Assembly (NCBI RefSeq): GCF_001194135.2
Contig: NC_068981.1
Location: 52,568,297-52,609,996 of the forward strand
Direction: 5' to 3'
Origin: Octopus bimaculoides
Taxonomy: Eukaryota
Length of the DNA: 41,700 bases
Shown here: one piece after another, positions 13,011 through 25,566 of the stretch
How the letters are laid out: every line of letters begins with the position of its first letter
Position numbering within the stretch: position 1 is the first letter of the stretch
Notes under the pieces: generated by a model
Told to the model about the DNA's origin: nothing
The model's input: only the letters and a program-made list of their open reading frames with translations
Databases searched by the model: none
Position numbers and translations under genes: made by a program

Positions 13011-14973
13011 CTGTAAAGCATACAACAATAATTAAAAAACATTGAAATAAACATTTTATTGTAAACAGACTTTAAATCTTAATCACGACAAAATTACAAT
13101 GACCTGATGGATCATATTCTTTAGTGATAGTGAAGTGTATCTGTGGAAAAGACACAGTACTTGCTAACTTTAGAAGTGGGTGAACATATTTAAAGCCAAA
13201 CATCAAAAATTTCATTAGAAATATTAGTGTAGTGAAGAGAAATAAACATTAGTTAAATGACTAAAATTATTTTAATAATTTTCACAAATGTAGAGACAAT
13301 ATTGAACATGTTTCAGCAAAGCATAGACCTCAATGTACTACCAAATTGGTAATAAGAGAACAAGTTTGACATACAGTCCAAACAGGCATGGAAAAGTAAA
13401 CATTATGTACATAAAAAATTATAGTTAAGTAGTGGTGAACATATCTAATGCAGAAATCAAAATAATAATGCAGTGGAGAAAGAAGTTGCTTAAAAAAAAA
13501 AGACTAAAATTTATATAACTTTTCAGACAGAAGAAGCATATATGAATTAAGTTGTATTTTTTATTTCTTGAAAGCAGAGACCTAGCTATTCTAACCCTCA
13601 ATCAAAAAAAAAACTAAAAAAAATTTATCCCTTTTCATGCTAGCTCAGCACACAAAAACTGATATCTTCTCAGTTGTGCCAACAAAATATTCAGCACACA
13701 TCTGGCAAAAATATATTTAAAGCCATTCCTTAAAGTTTCCTATTTAAAATAACTTGATGCTTAGACTGATAAATAGCCAACTCTCAGTACAAGAAATAAT
13801 TTAGATATCAAGTAATGTACTAATGTAGATTAATATTAATTTTAGCTCATACATTTACCTTTGTAAAGAGAAAGATAAGTGGTACTAAAGCTAATATTCT
13901 ATACGATTTTTCAAGACAAATATTTATATCATTATATTTAGTTTTAACTGAATTTTAAATTTCAAAGGAACAGTAAGCAGAATGTTTGCATGAAATGTTC
14001 TAACATGTTGTTCACATACTTGAGCAACAAATGTGTGACAAAAATCTAGTCAGAATTGTATGATTGGAATAGATGAGACAGTTTTTTCCCTATTTGAATT
14101 CAATTATTTTTGTCTGACAAAGTATATAACTTGCAGACAAGTTTTAATACAGAAACCAGCAAGAAATTTCAAATCATAAAAAAAGCAAAACATGTGTCTA
14201 CTAAGCCACATTGAAAGTTACACATAAAAAGAAAAAGGAAGTAAGAAAATACAAAGATCTGTGAAGCATTTTCAACAAGGACATCCTCTCATTAATTAAC
14301 TAAAATATACAAATAATAAACTTACACTGATGTCTTTATGTAATACACTACATAAATTCTAGCCTGGTTAAAACAGCAAGTAAAGAAAAAAAAAAGTTTT
14401 AAGATAAGTAGCTAAGTATGTTGTAATTTTATTGCTTTTTAATAAATTACTTCGAAATTTTCAACTTAATTATAAAACCCAACTGATCTTCCCAAACATA
14501 TCAGGCATTGCCTTACATTTTTGTTTTGTTTGAAGTCAACATAATTCTGTGAAAAAAAAAAAATCTTTCGTGTAGTTTTTCACAATTATTGCTTGAATTG
14601 TGCAAATAACTTGTTTAATTTTATCAGTTAACATTTATAGTATTAATATTCCTCAAGTGTTATAAAATCTGCTTTATTGCTGGTAGATGGAATTGAAGTA
14701 CAAACAAACAGTAAAGAACTATGAAGTTAAGGACAAGCAGAGACTTCCAGAAATGATGGCATAAACTGTTTAAGAATTTTAATTCATAAGTCATCAGGAT
14801 AAAAAATCATACTATAATGGGTGTAATGTCCGTCCGTCCGTCCGTCTGTACTCACATCACGGCCAAACGGTTGGGCCAACCAGCATGAAACTTGTAGGGG
14901 TGTTCTGGGGTTCTCTAGGGTGGTTAATATATAGGTTAAGTCCCACCTACCCCCTATTTTCAGAGAAATTCCG

Positions 14974-15240
14974 TCAATTGAGGTAACTTTGGCACCCGGA
15001 GATAATTTTGGCAGAAGGAATAGGGTGGCCTATACCCTCTGAAAGGGACATGCTTGACCTCTTCCTTCTGCCCCCCCCTACCCGAATAATACCATCAATT
15101 GAGGCAAATTTGGCACCTGGAGGTAAGTTTTGTAAGAGGAATAGAGAGGCATACCTTCTCCGGCTGAGATCAGTCCGACCGCTTCTCCCCCCCTGCCCCC
15201 GCTCCACCAACCCCTTGAATGAAGTAACTTTGGCAACCTG
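14974..15240 (+). repeat. About 120-bp-period tandem repeat (3 partial units) inside the Helitron
   Basis: TCAATTGAGGTAACTTTGGCACC at 14974, TCAATTGAGGCAAATTTGGCACC at 15095, TTGAATGAAGTAACTTTGGCAACC at 15215. Confidence 0.8.
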
Positions 15241-15482
15241 GGCCTCCTACACTGAGTGCGAGGGTCGCATCTCTCCTTTCGAACACATGAAGAGTTTCGA
15301 AACATTGTTTACAAAATAATAGCTAATCATTTGCGAAGGAGCGTGTCTACAGTCAACATTTAGGATTTTTGCTTTGGTAACTTTTCCTGCTATGTATCAT
15401 ACTACGAGGTACAAAACAGTGAATGACATGATATGATTGCATTATATTACGCGTTAATTAAAATGTAACAAAAGATTTTTAT

Positions 15483-15944
15483 CCATCGGGACTACCAGTA
15501 CACACAATAACTTTGAAGAAGGGTTGTCCGATTATGCTGCTTCGGAATTTTGACCCAGCTAATGAACACTGGAACGGAACAAGATACACTGTTACGGAAT
15601 TTAACTCTCACGTCATCGAAGTAGTGATAGCAACTGGTCCTCACACTGGCAAACGTTTGTTTATACCTCGGATACCTCTGATGCCTTCAGATAATCAGTT
15701 TCCATTTCAGTTACGACACAAGCAGCTTCCTATCAAATTAGCCTTCTCCTTTACGGCCAACAAGTCTCAGGGTCAGACTTTGGATCGCGTCGGTGTGTTT
15801 CTGCCCTCTCCCATGTTCACGCACGGTCAGCTGTATATCGCGATGAGTAGGGCAACGAATTCAGCTAATTTGAAACTTATGTTTACATATATATATATAT
15901 TGTTCAATAAGGTACACTATATAGTTTGGCACTATCAAATATAA
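15483..15944 (+). pseudogene. Helitron RepHel Pif1-like (SF1B) helicase C-terminal fragment
   Basis: PSGLPVHTITLKKGCPIMLLRNFDP..NGTR..RLFIPRIPLMPSD..FPFQLRHKQLPIKLAFSFTANKSQGQTLDRVGV..FTHGQLYIAMSR (helicase motifs V/VI). No Rep domain or N-terminal helicase motifs. Confidence 0.92.
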
Positions 15945-16071
15945 TGAATAAAAATAAGTACAACTTAAATTGTCTTGATTTGCACCCTGCTCTTACCACC
16001 CATCGTAGATGGGTAAGTTTGCTAGTAATAATAATGTCAGCATGGAAAGCGGATGTTAAATGATGATGATA

Positions 16072-16105
<34 letters not shown>

Positions 16106-19050
16106 TCTTTTACATTATTTACAGCTTTGAGGAAGGAAGCAAGTGCTTGATAGTTTAGAATAGAAAAAAAAATACTGATAAATGGCATGTAACAATATAC
16201 CAAGGGATTTTCGACAAAACCATTAAATAAGGACATCCAACTTGAAGCCAACACAATTTTTACTAGTTTACTAGTAGAATTAGACTTTTAAAATTAATAA
16301 ACAACTGCAAATTGTATTATTGTCATCCTGAAATATTATTTTGACAAGATTGGCTAGATAAATACTCACATCAGTTAAGTTTTATTTATTTAGTTGTTGA
16401 TCTTAAGAGTTTACACCATCCCACACCCACTTTTAAACTACTTGCGACTTCTGGCTTTCTGTTTCCGCACCACCTACACTTTTTTCATTCTGTAGGTCTC
16501 ACACAAGGGAGTATGTACAATCCTTCCTCAATAAAGCTACATCATTAACAAATTTTCAGCCAACCCACTGAACAGAATAAAATAAGTTAGACTACAGTAG
16601 TCTTTTTCTCATACAAGCTGTCCTCGTCATGAAATGCTTAATAAAAATTTATTCAGGAAAGAAAAAGTAGCCTTTATTTATCAATATCATGTTTACTGAT
16701 GAAGTATTTGTTACCAGAATAAATTATTGAGGCCTTTTTTTTGTTTTGTTAATCAACATCACTACTTAATATATTGCTGCTGTTTAGAAATATGAAGCTA
16801 ATTGTTTCCTCAATTCGTTATTATAAAGTGAATCGATCATTATTTCATAAAACATTGAAAACTTATACATGGAAACCCATGGTTAATTACAGCTAATAAA
16901 GAATACATATTTTCATTTTGTCCAGTACAAACAAAGCAGCTAAAATTCGTGTGTACGTTGGTAATAATACAAAGATAATTTTAAATTAGGATTATCACTA
17001 GACACATCAATTTCATTGATAACAAAAATTCTATTCTGGAAGCAATCCATCACTATTTATCCAGCTATACTTTCATAATAATGAACCAACAAGGCAGTTT
17101 CTATATGGTCACACGACTGGCTAGAAATAGCAGCCGAATCCTCCTTAGTCAATACTAACCATCTTGAAAACAGAAAAAAGACATTACACAGTTTAATTCT
17201 AGATATATGAAACAAGGGATAGTTATAGTTGTAGCATTGTTGATCATAGGACTGTGTTGCATTTAGAATAACCTGCCTAGCTGATTGGCTTATAGTGATG
17301 AAATTTTTGTGCTGCACACAAGCTCACTCCCTCCATCAAATAGGCACTTTCTGTATAAGTGCATAATGTGCCACATATCAGATGTCAAAGTGATCATAGA
17401 GCAACATTAGATGAAGTATTTTGCTCAAGAACAAAATAGCAAAATCTGGACATAAGAGGAATAAGATGTGTGCAAGAGAGAAGGTTACATAGATATGGGA
17501 TGAGAGCAGCTGTATAAAGAAGTACTGACTGCTTAATATGGATGGAACTTATGGAAGAGGAAGAGCCCCAAAAGACAGATATTTAATGATGAGTTTGTTT
17601 GTGTACCACAAGACTGGGTAAACATACTTTCCTTAGTTTACTTAGGATAAAAAAAAAAGTACCGTGTATATTTTCAAAGTTCTCTGTGAAGCAATCTGTG
17701 AATGTATTAAACTAGTACCAATAAATAATCACACATTCTATGTATCAAGACTTTTCCTTACAAGACTTGCAGAATCTTTTACATCAAAATATAAAACTTG
17801 AGAACAAAGCAAAGGTTTAACTAAAAACAATGGTGGTGTATATCAGGAAACGGAAAACTGAAGTAAACAAAAATCATGCAGCTGAGCACCAAGAAAGATA
17901 TTTTAGAAGATAATAAATAAAAGATTTTGAGAGTAGTAGAACAAGAAAACAAAAATAAATTGAGAAGTTTTAACTTAGAAAAGCATTATATTTCTGATAT
18001 TGACAATTTTGTATGCATAGTTGTAAAAAGGTATATTTTAACTGAAAACTATTTTTCTCATAATGTTTGAAGCAATTGCAAGCAAATTTAATATCCATAA
18101 ACTATCTATAATATTTAAGCAGTAACTTATATAGAACAGCTTTGATTTAGCATTTGTATGAGCAGATTCCACACTTGTGTGATGCAGGAAGCAATCTAAG
18201 ATTTCTAGCTCAGCCAGTGCTAATCCTTATTGCAACATTTTAGGGCTTGTTTACCATCCAGGTACCCCTAATTATCATCTGTTACTAATTAATTTTTGAG
18301 TGGATTCTTTTATTCCTTTGAGCCCCACAAAAGCACTTACTTTGTGTGTTTGGTTAGAGACTGTTATGCAGCATAGCTAAGCATGTGAGATGCTGTTTGC
18401 ATTCAGCTGCAAACACTGATTGCTGCTTGACTATCTTCTCTTCCTTCCCAACTCCATGAGACAGTCCCTCCATTGGACAGCTGGTATATTACAATAGCAT
18501 CTGCATGTTGAATGCATCAAGCATCTTTCCATAGCTGGTTTTCAGAACGCCTCACAGTTTAGGTATGATAGTATACTGAGCAAAGGTTCCATTGTTAGAG
18601 AAAAACAATGCTCTTTTCAAATGATCTTTTTCTTACTTTTTAGAGGAAAGTGTTATGCTAATTGACTATCATTATTCTAAAACAGGGTTCTTGAAAAAAC
18701 AAATCTTTACATGACATAATCATTCTGTTGGTTAGAGAGGGTGAAAAATACTTATTCAGTCTCAAATTTTTCATGACCTATAACACAATTTTAAGTAACT
18801 ACATTCTTAAAATTAAAACACTATATAGGCTCCACGCCCCTGGAATCAGCCTTAATACAGGTCACTTAAATATCATTCTTTTTACAAATGAACTACTGTC
18901 CCAAATATTTAAACACAGAACATACATTTTGCAGTAATGCACTGGAAATAACAGTTCTCATTTAGAATACCTGAAGAGCCACTGTATGACATTTGTATTC
19001 ATTCAATTTGTATGGTCTCCTTTGTATTGAGTGTTGCTATTTTCTAAATA

Positions 19051-19236
19051 GGTGCAGATGTGGCTGTGTGGTTAAGGTGGTTGAGAGGCCTATTTTCTAA
19101 CCATGTGGTTTCAGGTTCACTCCCACTGCACAACACCTTAAGCATGTGACTAAGGCCTTGTGAGTGGACAGGGAAACTGAAAGAAGCCAATCATATATAT
19201 ATATATANNNNNNNNNNAAACTGAAAGAAGCCAATC

Positions 19237-19260
<24 letters not shown>
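19051..19260 (+). mobile_element. Family A SINE 5' half, spans assembly gap (N at 19208-19217)
   Basis: TGGCTGTGTGG A-box-like and GGTTCACTCCC B-box-like motifs; CCTTGTGAGTGGA; GGAAACTGAAAGAAGCC then (TA)n. Confidence 0.7.
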
Positions 19261-19268
<8 letters not shown>

Positions 19269-19646
19269 ATTGATGTATGTGTGTGTGTTTGTGTGTACCA
19301 AACGGACATCACCATCATACAACCTATGTTGCTTGTTTCCAAGTCTTCTGTGAATAATGTTTGGCCAAGGGGAAATATTACCTTGCTTGGAAACAGGTGA
19401 CAGCTGGCAATAGGAAGGGTGTCAGACCATAGAAAATCTGCCTCAGTGAATTCCATCTAACCATACAAGTATGTTAAAGATGATGCTAAAATGGTATGAT
19501 GATGGAGGAATAAATATGCCTTTCTGTTAGGACTAAAGTGAGACATCACTTCAAGTATAACTAAAACTCAAATAATATAATTTTCACATTTTAATTCGTT
19601 TTTTTTTATATGATTTTCTTATATAATAGATGCAGGCACAGCTTAA

Positions 19647-19800
19647 GCACAGGCATGGCTGTGGAGTTAAGAAGTTTTTCACAACCTTATGGTTTCAGGT
19701 TTGCTCTCACAGTATAGTGCTCTGGGCAAGTCTCTTCTTCAGTCTTGGGCTGACCAATGTGCTGTGAGCGAAATTCACTTGATACCAACATAGAAAAACA
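19647..19800 (+). mobile_element. Family A SINE 5' half, diverged
   Basis: CAGGCATGGCTGTGG..AAGAAG..CTGGGCAAGT..GGGCTGACCAA. Confidence 0.6.
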
Positions 19801-21609
19801 GACTTAAGAATAATACTGATGAGGTGATGATCTGCTTATTAAAACAATCTATTAAGAAATCTTGAATTTCTGTGCTGAGAAATTAAAACTAAAATCAGTA
19901 AACATTGAAAACGGAGCTAAATGTAAACATCAAATTCATAATCAAATGTGAGCTAAACATAAGCAATATTACCAGTAAAGACTATATTGGTATTTTCTGG
20001 AGTGAATAGTGAATAACAAAGAAGGTGACTTTTAAAAAAATTTAAGGAAGATTTTCTTTCTTTTTTTTTTTTAGCAGAGACATGGAATCTTCAGTTGTCT
20101 TGAATACAAAAACCTAATTGTTTCTAAAATGTTGAATTATCACATGATTTTGTCTACTCCAACCTCTCACACTGAAGTGTCTCTCGACAAGACATCTGTA
20201 TGAGCTTAAGTATAAAAATACATCAAGATATCTATTTAACAAAATTATTAACATGACTGATTTAAAATTATTTTCCAAAATAAAAGATTACTGAAAAAAA
20301 AAAAAAAAATTAAAGCTTACATCAAGGCTGTCTCCAAATTCTAAGTCTTTATCTGTGAATACATTATTAAAAGTAGTAATGTATTGTTGCTCTTTATCAG
20401 CCATAATATAATGACAAGTATTCCTACATCCTGCTAAATTATATATCTCAAGCAGGACAAAGGAACTTTCATAGCAAAATTTTTAAAATACTTTAGGAAG
20501 TGATTAAGCTCTTTTCTGCATTAATTCCATAAATGAACAAAGCAAAAGATTTCATACTATGTTAAAGATAAAAATAAAACTTTCAGCAATCCCAAATCCA
20601 ATTTAATTAATTAGAAATCAGTTTGGGAAGAATTTTAAATGATTTCTAGAAGATCAAACCATTATGCTAACACATCACACCCCTAAACACACACACTAAA
20701 TGGGTTCAACATTTAAACAAAGGTAGAATATAAACAACTTCCTTTTTTTCCCCTTCCATTCCAACTAGGCACCTACTGTGTTTTGCTTTTAGCAATAAAG
20801 TGAGAGGAAATGTAGTTTAGACTAAAATATAACAAGTGCAAAGTATGTTGGGCTTAAATTACTATTTCCTCAACAAGTATCAACAGTTTATATAAAAGCA
20901 AGGATAAAATAATCAAGATGGAGTTGACAGGCTCAAGGAACAGTAAATTGTAAGAAAAAGATAACTTTTTTCTAAATATTTGAGTATTTCCACCCAAAGA
21001 TTAACTTGATAACCACTTGATGAAAGGATCACGCCAGCTTAAATCCTAATCCTATATACAACTTTCACTAACACCATAATTTTATACTGAGAACATTAAC
21101 AAAAAGACAAAATAACTTCCAAAATACATCTTTCACTGTCTTTTTAGTATGCATCAAGAGATTCATTAAGAAAATAAAGAGAATAGTTTTGTATAAATTT
21201 TGATTGTAAACTTTTTCTGGATCACCAATATTCTTATTTGCAACACTTATATTAATGAGGAAACAAAGCAACAATATTTCTAAAGATTAAATAAATATAA
21301 GTTTTATCCAAATCTCCAGAAACAATTGTATTGTCTGATATAAAAAGACAGATTATAAAGATAATCCTATTAAATGAAATCATTATGTTGGCTTTGATGA
21401 TTTTTAACTATAACAAAACCAATTAATAAGTAGGAAGAAAGCTGATTTATAATTCTATTTCAAAATGAATTTAATTTCTATTTCAAAATGAACTTTTTTT
21501 TTCTTTTATATATTTTTACTTGTTTTAGTTACTGAATTGTAGTCATGCAGGGGCATAACCTAGAAGAGTTAGTCAAGCAAATTGACCCCAATATTTTCTT
21601 TTTGGTAAA

Positions 21610-21793
21610 AAGTACCCATGCTAGTCCATGAAAAGAGCACCCAGCACACTCTGTAATATAGTTGGAATTAGGGAACGCATCCCACTGTAGAAACCAAGCC
21701 AAATTAGACTGGAACCTGCAGCTCTCCAGCTTGCCAGCTCTGGTCAACCCATCCAACCCATACCAGAATGGAAAATGGATGGATGATGATGGT
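21610..21793 (+). mobile_element. Diverged RTE-related short element
   Basis: AAGAGCACCCAGCACACTCTGT...GTAGAAACC..GCCAAATTAGACTGG...ATCCAACCCAT...GGATGATGATG. Confidence 0.7.
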
Positions 21794-21902
21794 ATGGTAT
21801 CTATTCTACCAGTCTTTTTTTGGTGAACTGCCAAGTTATGGTGATGCAAAGAAGCCAACATGGGTTGTCACACAGTTGGAGGAACAGGAAACAAACATAA
21901 AA

Positions 21903-22051
21903 GACACACACACATATAGACATACACACAATGGGCTTTCAGTTTCCATCTACCAAATTCACTCACAAGGTATTGGTTGCTTTAGCACTATAGCAAAATG
22001 AATTTGCCTAATAATCATGGTTGCAAAGCAAGCTTCTTAACAGCCATGCCT
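21903..22051 (-). mobile_element. Family A SINE fragment
   Basis: TTTCAGTTTCCATCTACCAAATTCACTCACAAGG...CAGCCATGCCT is the reverse complement of the family A head. Confidence 0.7.
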
Positions 22052-22471
22052 AAGAGTAAACCAAGAAGCAATACATCAAAAAAAAAAAAAAGACTGTCTT
22101 GGCAAAAAAGAGAAACCAAATGAACTGATTCCCACATTAAATTACACTTCATTGCATTTAACTAAAATAGCCATTTTAGGTTCTAGATGGCCAATGAGCA
22201 GCAGAAATATGAAAATGTCAGAAACCTATCTAAAGGACAATATTAGACTATTTTCACCATTAAGCACTTGATCTTGTTTAGAAAGTTATATTTGGACAAT
22301 CACTACTTTTTTAAACCTAATCCAATATAAGAAATTCTTTCAAGTTTCCTTATTCTTAATATTTTCTAAAAATCCACTGAACACTACATCCATTCTCAAT
22401 TTTGTGATTTGTAACCAAGTTTCAGCCCTTTAAAATATGGGACTCAAAAATGGTTGTAGAACATAAAAATA

Positions 22472-22797
22472 CATGGTTCTGGTTTCAGTCCCATTGTATG
22501 GGACCTTGGGCAAGCATCTGCTATAGCTTTGAACTGACCAAAGCCTTGTGAGCAGATTCGGTAGATGGAAACTAAAAGAAGCCTATCATGTATATGTGTG
22601 AGTGTTTTTGTACCCATCTTACCACCTGATAACCAGTGTTCGTTTGTTTACATCCCCTGTAACGTGACTGTTCTGCAAGAGACCAATAGAACAAGTACCA
22701 AGTTTAAAAAAAAAAGTACTGGGATAAGTTCAAAGCGGTACCCCAGCATGGACACCTAATGACAAACAAGTAAAAGTTAAAGATAAATAAAAAGAAT
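22472..22797 (+). mobile_element. Family A SINE, nearly complete
   Basis: GACCTTGGGCAAG, GGTAGATGGAAACTAAAAGAAGCC, GAGACCAATAGAACAAGTACC and an A-rich tail. Confidence 0.75.
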
Positions 22798-25089
22798 AGT
22801 CTTAAAGATATAAGATCGCTGACCACAAGGAAAAAAAAAAAAAAAAAAACCAATTAAAAAACTTGATTAATTTTACCATTTTCAATTATTTATATATTAT
22901 TTTACTTTTTGATTTATACGAAGACTTGAAAAAGCACTTTAGAATGCTCATGTTCTTGATACATGATATTGAAAAACAATATTTTATTTCACATTAAATC
23001 CGTAAGTAAACTGAACGAATAATTAAAACAAGTAATGTTCCAGGTTCCATTCTATCTGTAACACTTCTACCGCAGCACTGAGTTTGACTAATCCTTTTGT
23101 AAGTGGGATTCGATAGTGAAAACCTGTCACCAGTTTTCTGTAGCCTGAAGTCACGCTCGACTACTTACGATTTCAACAGTACCTCACACACATCAAGAGT
23201 TGATTCATAGATATCATTCCGCCATTTAGTCAGTTTCGTATCCAGTGCTTTCCGTCCTTATAACATGACCAAAGAATTTTAAATCTTTGCTTGGCAATCA
23301 ACGCTTCCACAGTATTCTTAAGTTACATTTGCTGTCATAGTGATCTGTGTATTCTTTCCGTTCACAGAATTATTTTTCTCCAGCATCACATTTCGAATAC
23401 ATCAAATTATCTTCTATCATAAGTTAAATTGTTCTGTTTTAGCATTCATACATCATTATTGGATATACGATTCATATTAATATCTCTTGCTTTTTGCAAC
23501 AAATTCTCTGTAGCCCTATCAAGGATTATAAGCTCACTCCTCGTATATTTGTGACCATTCTCGTGTCCCTTTATGTGCATTAAACTTAGCTGTTCGACGA
23601 GCAATCGATAAAATAACAGACGAAAATAAGGTATCAATACGTAGGAAAGGACTTTTTTTCAACTGATTACTTTCATTCTGTAATACTTATTGTTGGATAC
23701 TGTGAATATTTTCCTGATATTTTCCTTTTACAGTATTTAGATGTTTTTCTAAACCATACATACCAGAGGGTTATATCATGTATTGAAAAATATACGTAAA
23801 TATAAAAGAATATGAATGAAGAAAATATTTTCTCTTGGTTCATCTTCAAGTATTCTAATAAATTTTCGGCGATCTTTCGATACTAGTATCGAAAGTCGCC
23901 AAATTTTCTAGTAATTGCAAGAAATTTCGCTTTCCACTTGTCGCTTCTTAAAGTTCGTCGAAATGAAGTCTGATATATCAATTGAATTCTTGCGAATACT
24001 TCATCAGTCATGACCAGCTGATTTAATAGTTGATTTACAACACGGTTATTAAAGACAAAAATCAAATTATAAATGAACATCAAATAAGTAATTTATTCCT
24101 GCAAACACGTCGGAGAATATGCATGCTTTTCTATGATTGTTACCCTTTAATAGACCCCAAAACGTTTCTGCTAGAATAGGAAACCATGACTCAAATATGC
24201 AATACCTTAACTATAACACCATTCTTCCCTTTCCTACTGATTATCCATCTACAACTGATATGAACTTCACGCCTCGTATATTACTAACATTTCTTTGTCA
24301 TCACCTGCTCACATTGTTATTGTGATGAAACGGTAGAACAATCAAGTTTGGATTGATTACACATGATATCAGTTCTTCATGTAAACCTTTTTACTTCAAG
24401 TCGTTTTAAAGAGAAAAACTGTTCATCAACAACTGCTATCCTTATAAGATACTGATGATAACATTCGAAAAATTAAATCAAATTTATTGACTTTATAATT
24501 AAAAATAAAATAGCTAATAAATAATCAAATAACTTTCCCTTTCTCTCGAGTACATCATAGCCTGTAGGTGTTGATTGACACTTGTAGTTTATCAGTACCC
24601 AAGAAATACGAGTGAATAGATTGTTACGGACAGAACTCATCAAGTCGAATCACCTTTGATGGGATGTGTACTCGGATTTATAAGACTAAAAATCCGACAA
24701 TTATATTCATTATCTTTTCTTCTAGTTATAAAAACAACAACTTTCTATGTTATTTATAACTCAAAATAAATATGACTATAAAAAATAGAATTCAATTTAT
24801 GACTAAATCAGCATGGGACTGTATATAGAGAGACAAGCTGAACAGATGGAAGTTGAAGGAGGAAGGGTAGGGCAAATCTGAGTCAGAGGCTAAATTGATA
24901 GAATTAATAATAAATATTAAAAGAATAAAATAAATGATACCTAATATGGAAAAAAAATTATTATATTTCGCCTGAGTCGTGATCCAAAAGCAGAACATAG
25001 GGACAAATTTGGTCACAGTTATATATTGAACCTATCAAAGCGGAACACAAGACAATTCAATCGGAATCGAAGGAGGAAATAGTACTTAC

Positions 25090-25476
25090 AGCCAACTTGG
25101 AATTTTCTTTGTTACAATCTGTATTTATAATAGTATTTGATACACCGTTAACAGGTTTATTTTCAGAGTTCGGAGACCAGTCAGAGACACCAGTTATATG
25201 TACATTGTTTACTGTTGTTGTACTAGACATGGTAGAAGTTAATTGGATTGAGGTACCACCACTAATGTTTAGGGATGGATTTCCTTCTCCATTAGCAATC
25301 CGGGAAGAGGTCATAAGTATAGGATTCGCATCAGGCTTCTCGCACAAAAGACGAGATTTGTCAACAACTTTAGGTCTGTCAACATCATCTCGACGGAAAC
25401 TAGATTTCAAAAGTCTTGTTCTTTCAGCCACGGAAGGCGGTTTTTCTGGTGGTGGAGGTGCAGATCCACGATTCAT
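25090..25476 (-). CDS. SEPT7: Septin-7 alternative long first coding exon (129 aa, phase 0)
   Basis: ATG at 25476 with A at -3 and an in-frame upstream TGA. MNRGSAPPPPEKPPSVAERTRLL...KENSKLA then donor GCT|GTAAGTA at 25089; 387 nt joins 12508 in frame. Confidence 0.8.
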
Positions 25477-25566
25477 TCTTCACACCACAACAATGATATA
25501 TCAGATACTAAAGGTTTAACTGAGTTTGTTTAACCAGCTGCAAGTTTTCAAAACTTTCTCACTCAC

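Larger units (their letters stand above)
14807..16025 (+). mobile_element. Non-autonomous Helitron (internal deletion derivative), both termini present, 1219 bp
   Basis: A|TC at 14806/14807, then (GTCC)n near the 5' end, a helicase fragment, hairpin ACCCATC-gta-GATGGGT (15998-16014), a 7-nt spacer and CTAG|T at 16022-16026. No TSD; inserted between A and T. Confidence 0.85.

Noticed and set aside
14323-14330. Other AG-short-GTAAG cassettes (also near 17760 and 20320)
   Set aside because: No polypyrimidine tract, and lengths (1, 4 and 7 nt) do not restore the septin frame.
14974-15319. Overlapping ORFs of 75-103 aa
   Set aside because: By-products of the GC-richer tandem repeat inside the Helitron.
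19187-19262. Duplicated AAACTGAAAGAAGCCAATC(AT)n either side of 10 Ns
   Set aside because: Typical assembly artefact from overlapping contig ends at a microsatellite.
24499-24640. Candidate extra first exon (MSSVRNNLFTRISW|GTACTG, phase 0)
   Set aside because: Weak donor with no independent support.
25097-25519. 140-aa ORF on + strand
   Set aside because: Antisense shadow of the septin long exon; no recognisable protein features.
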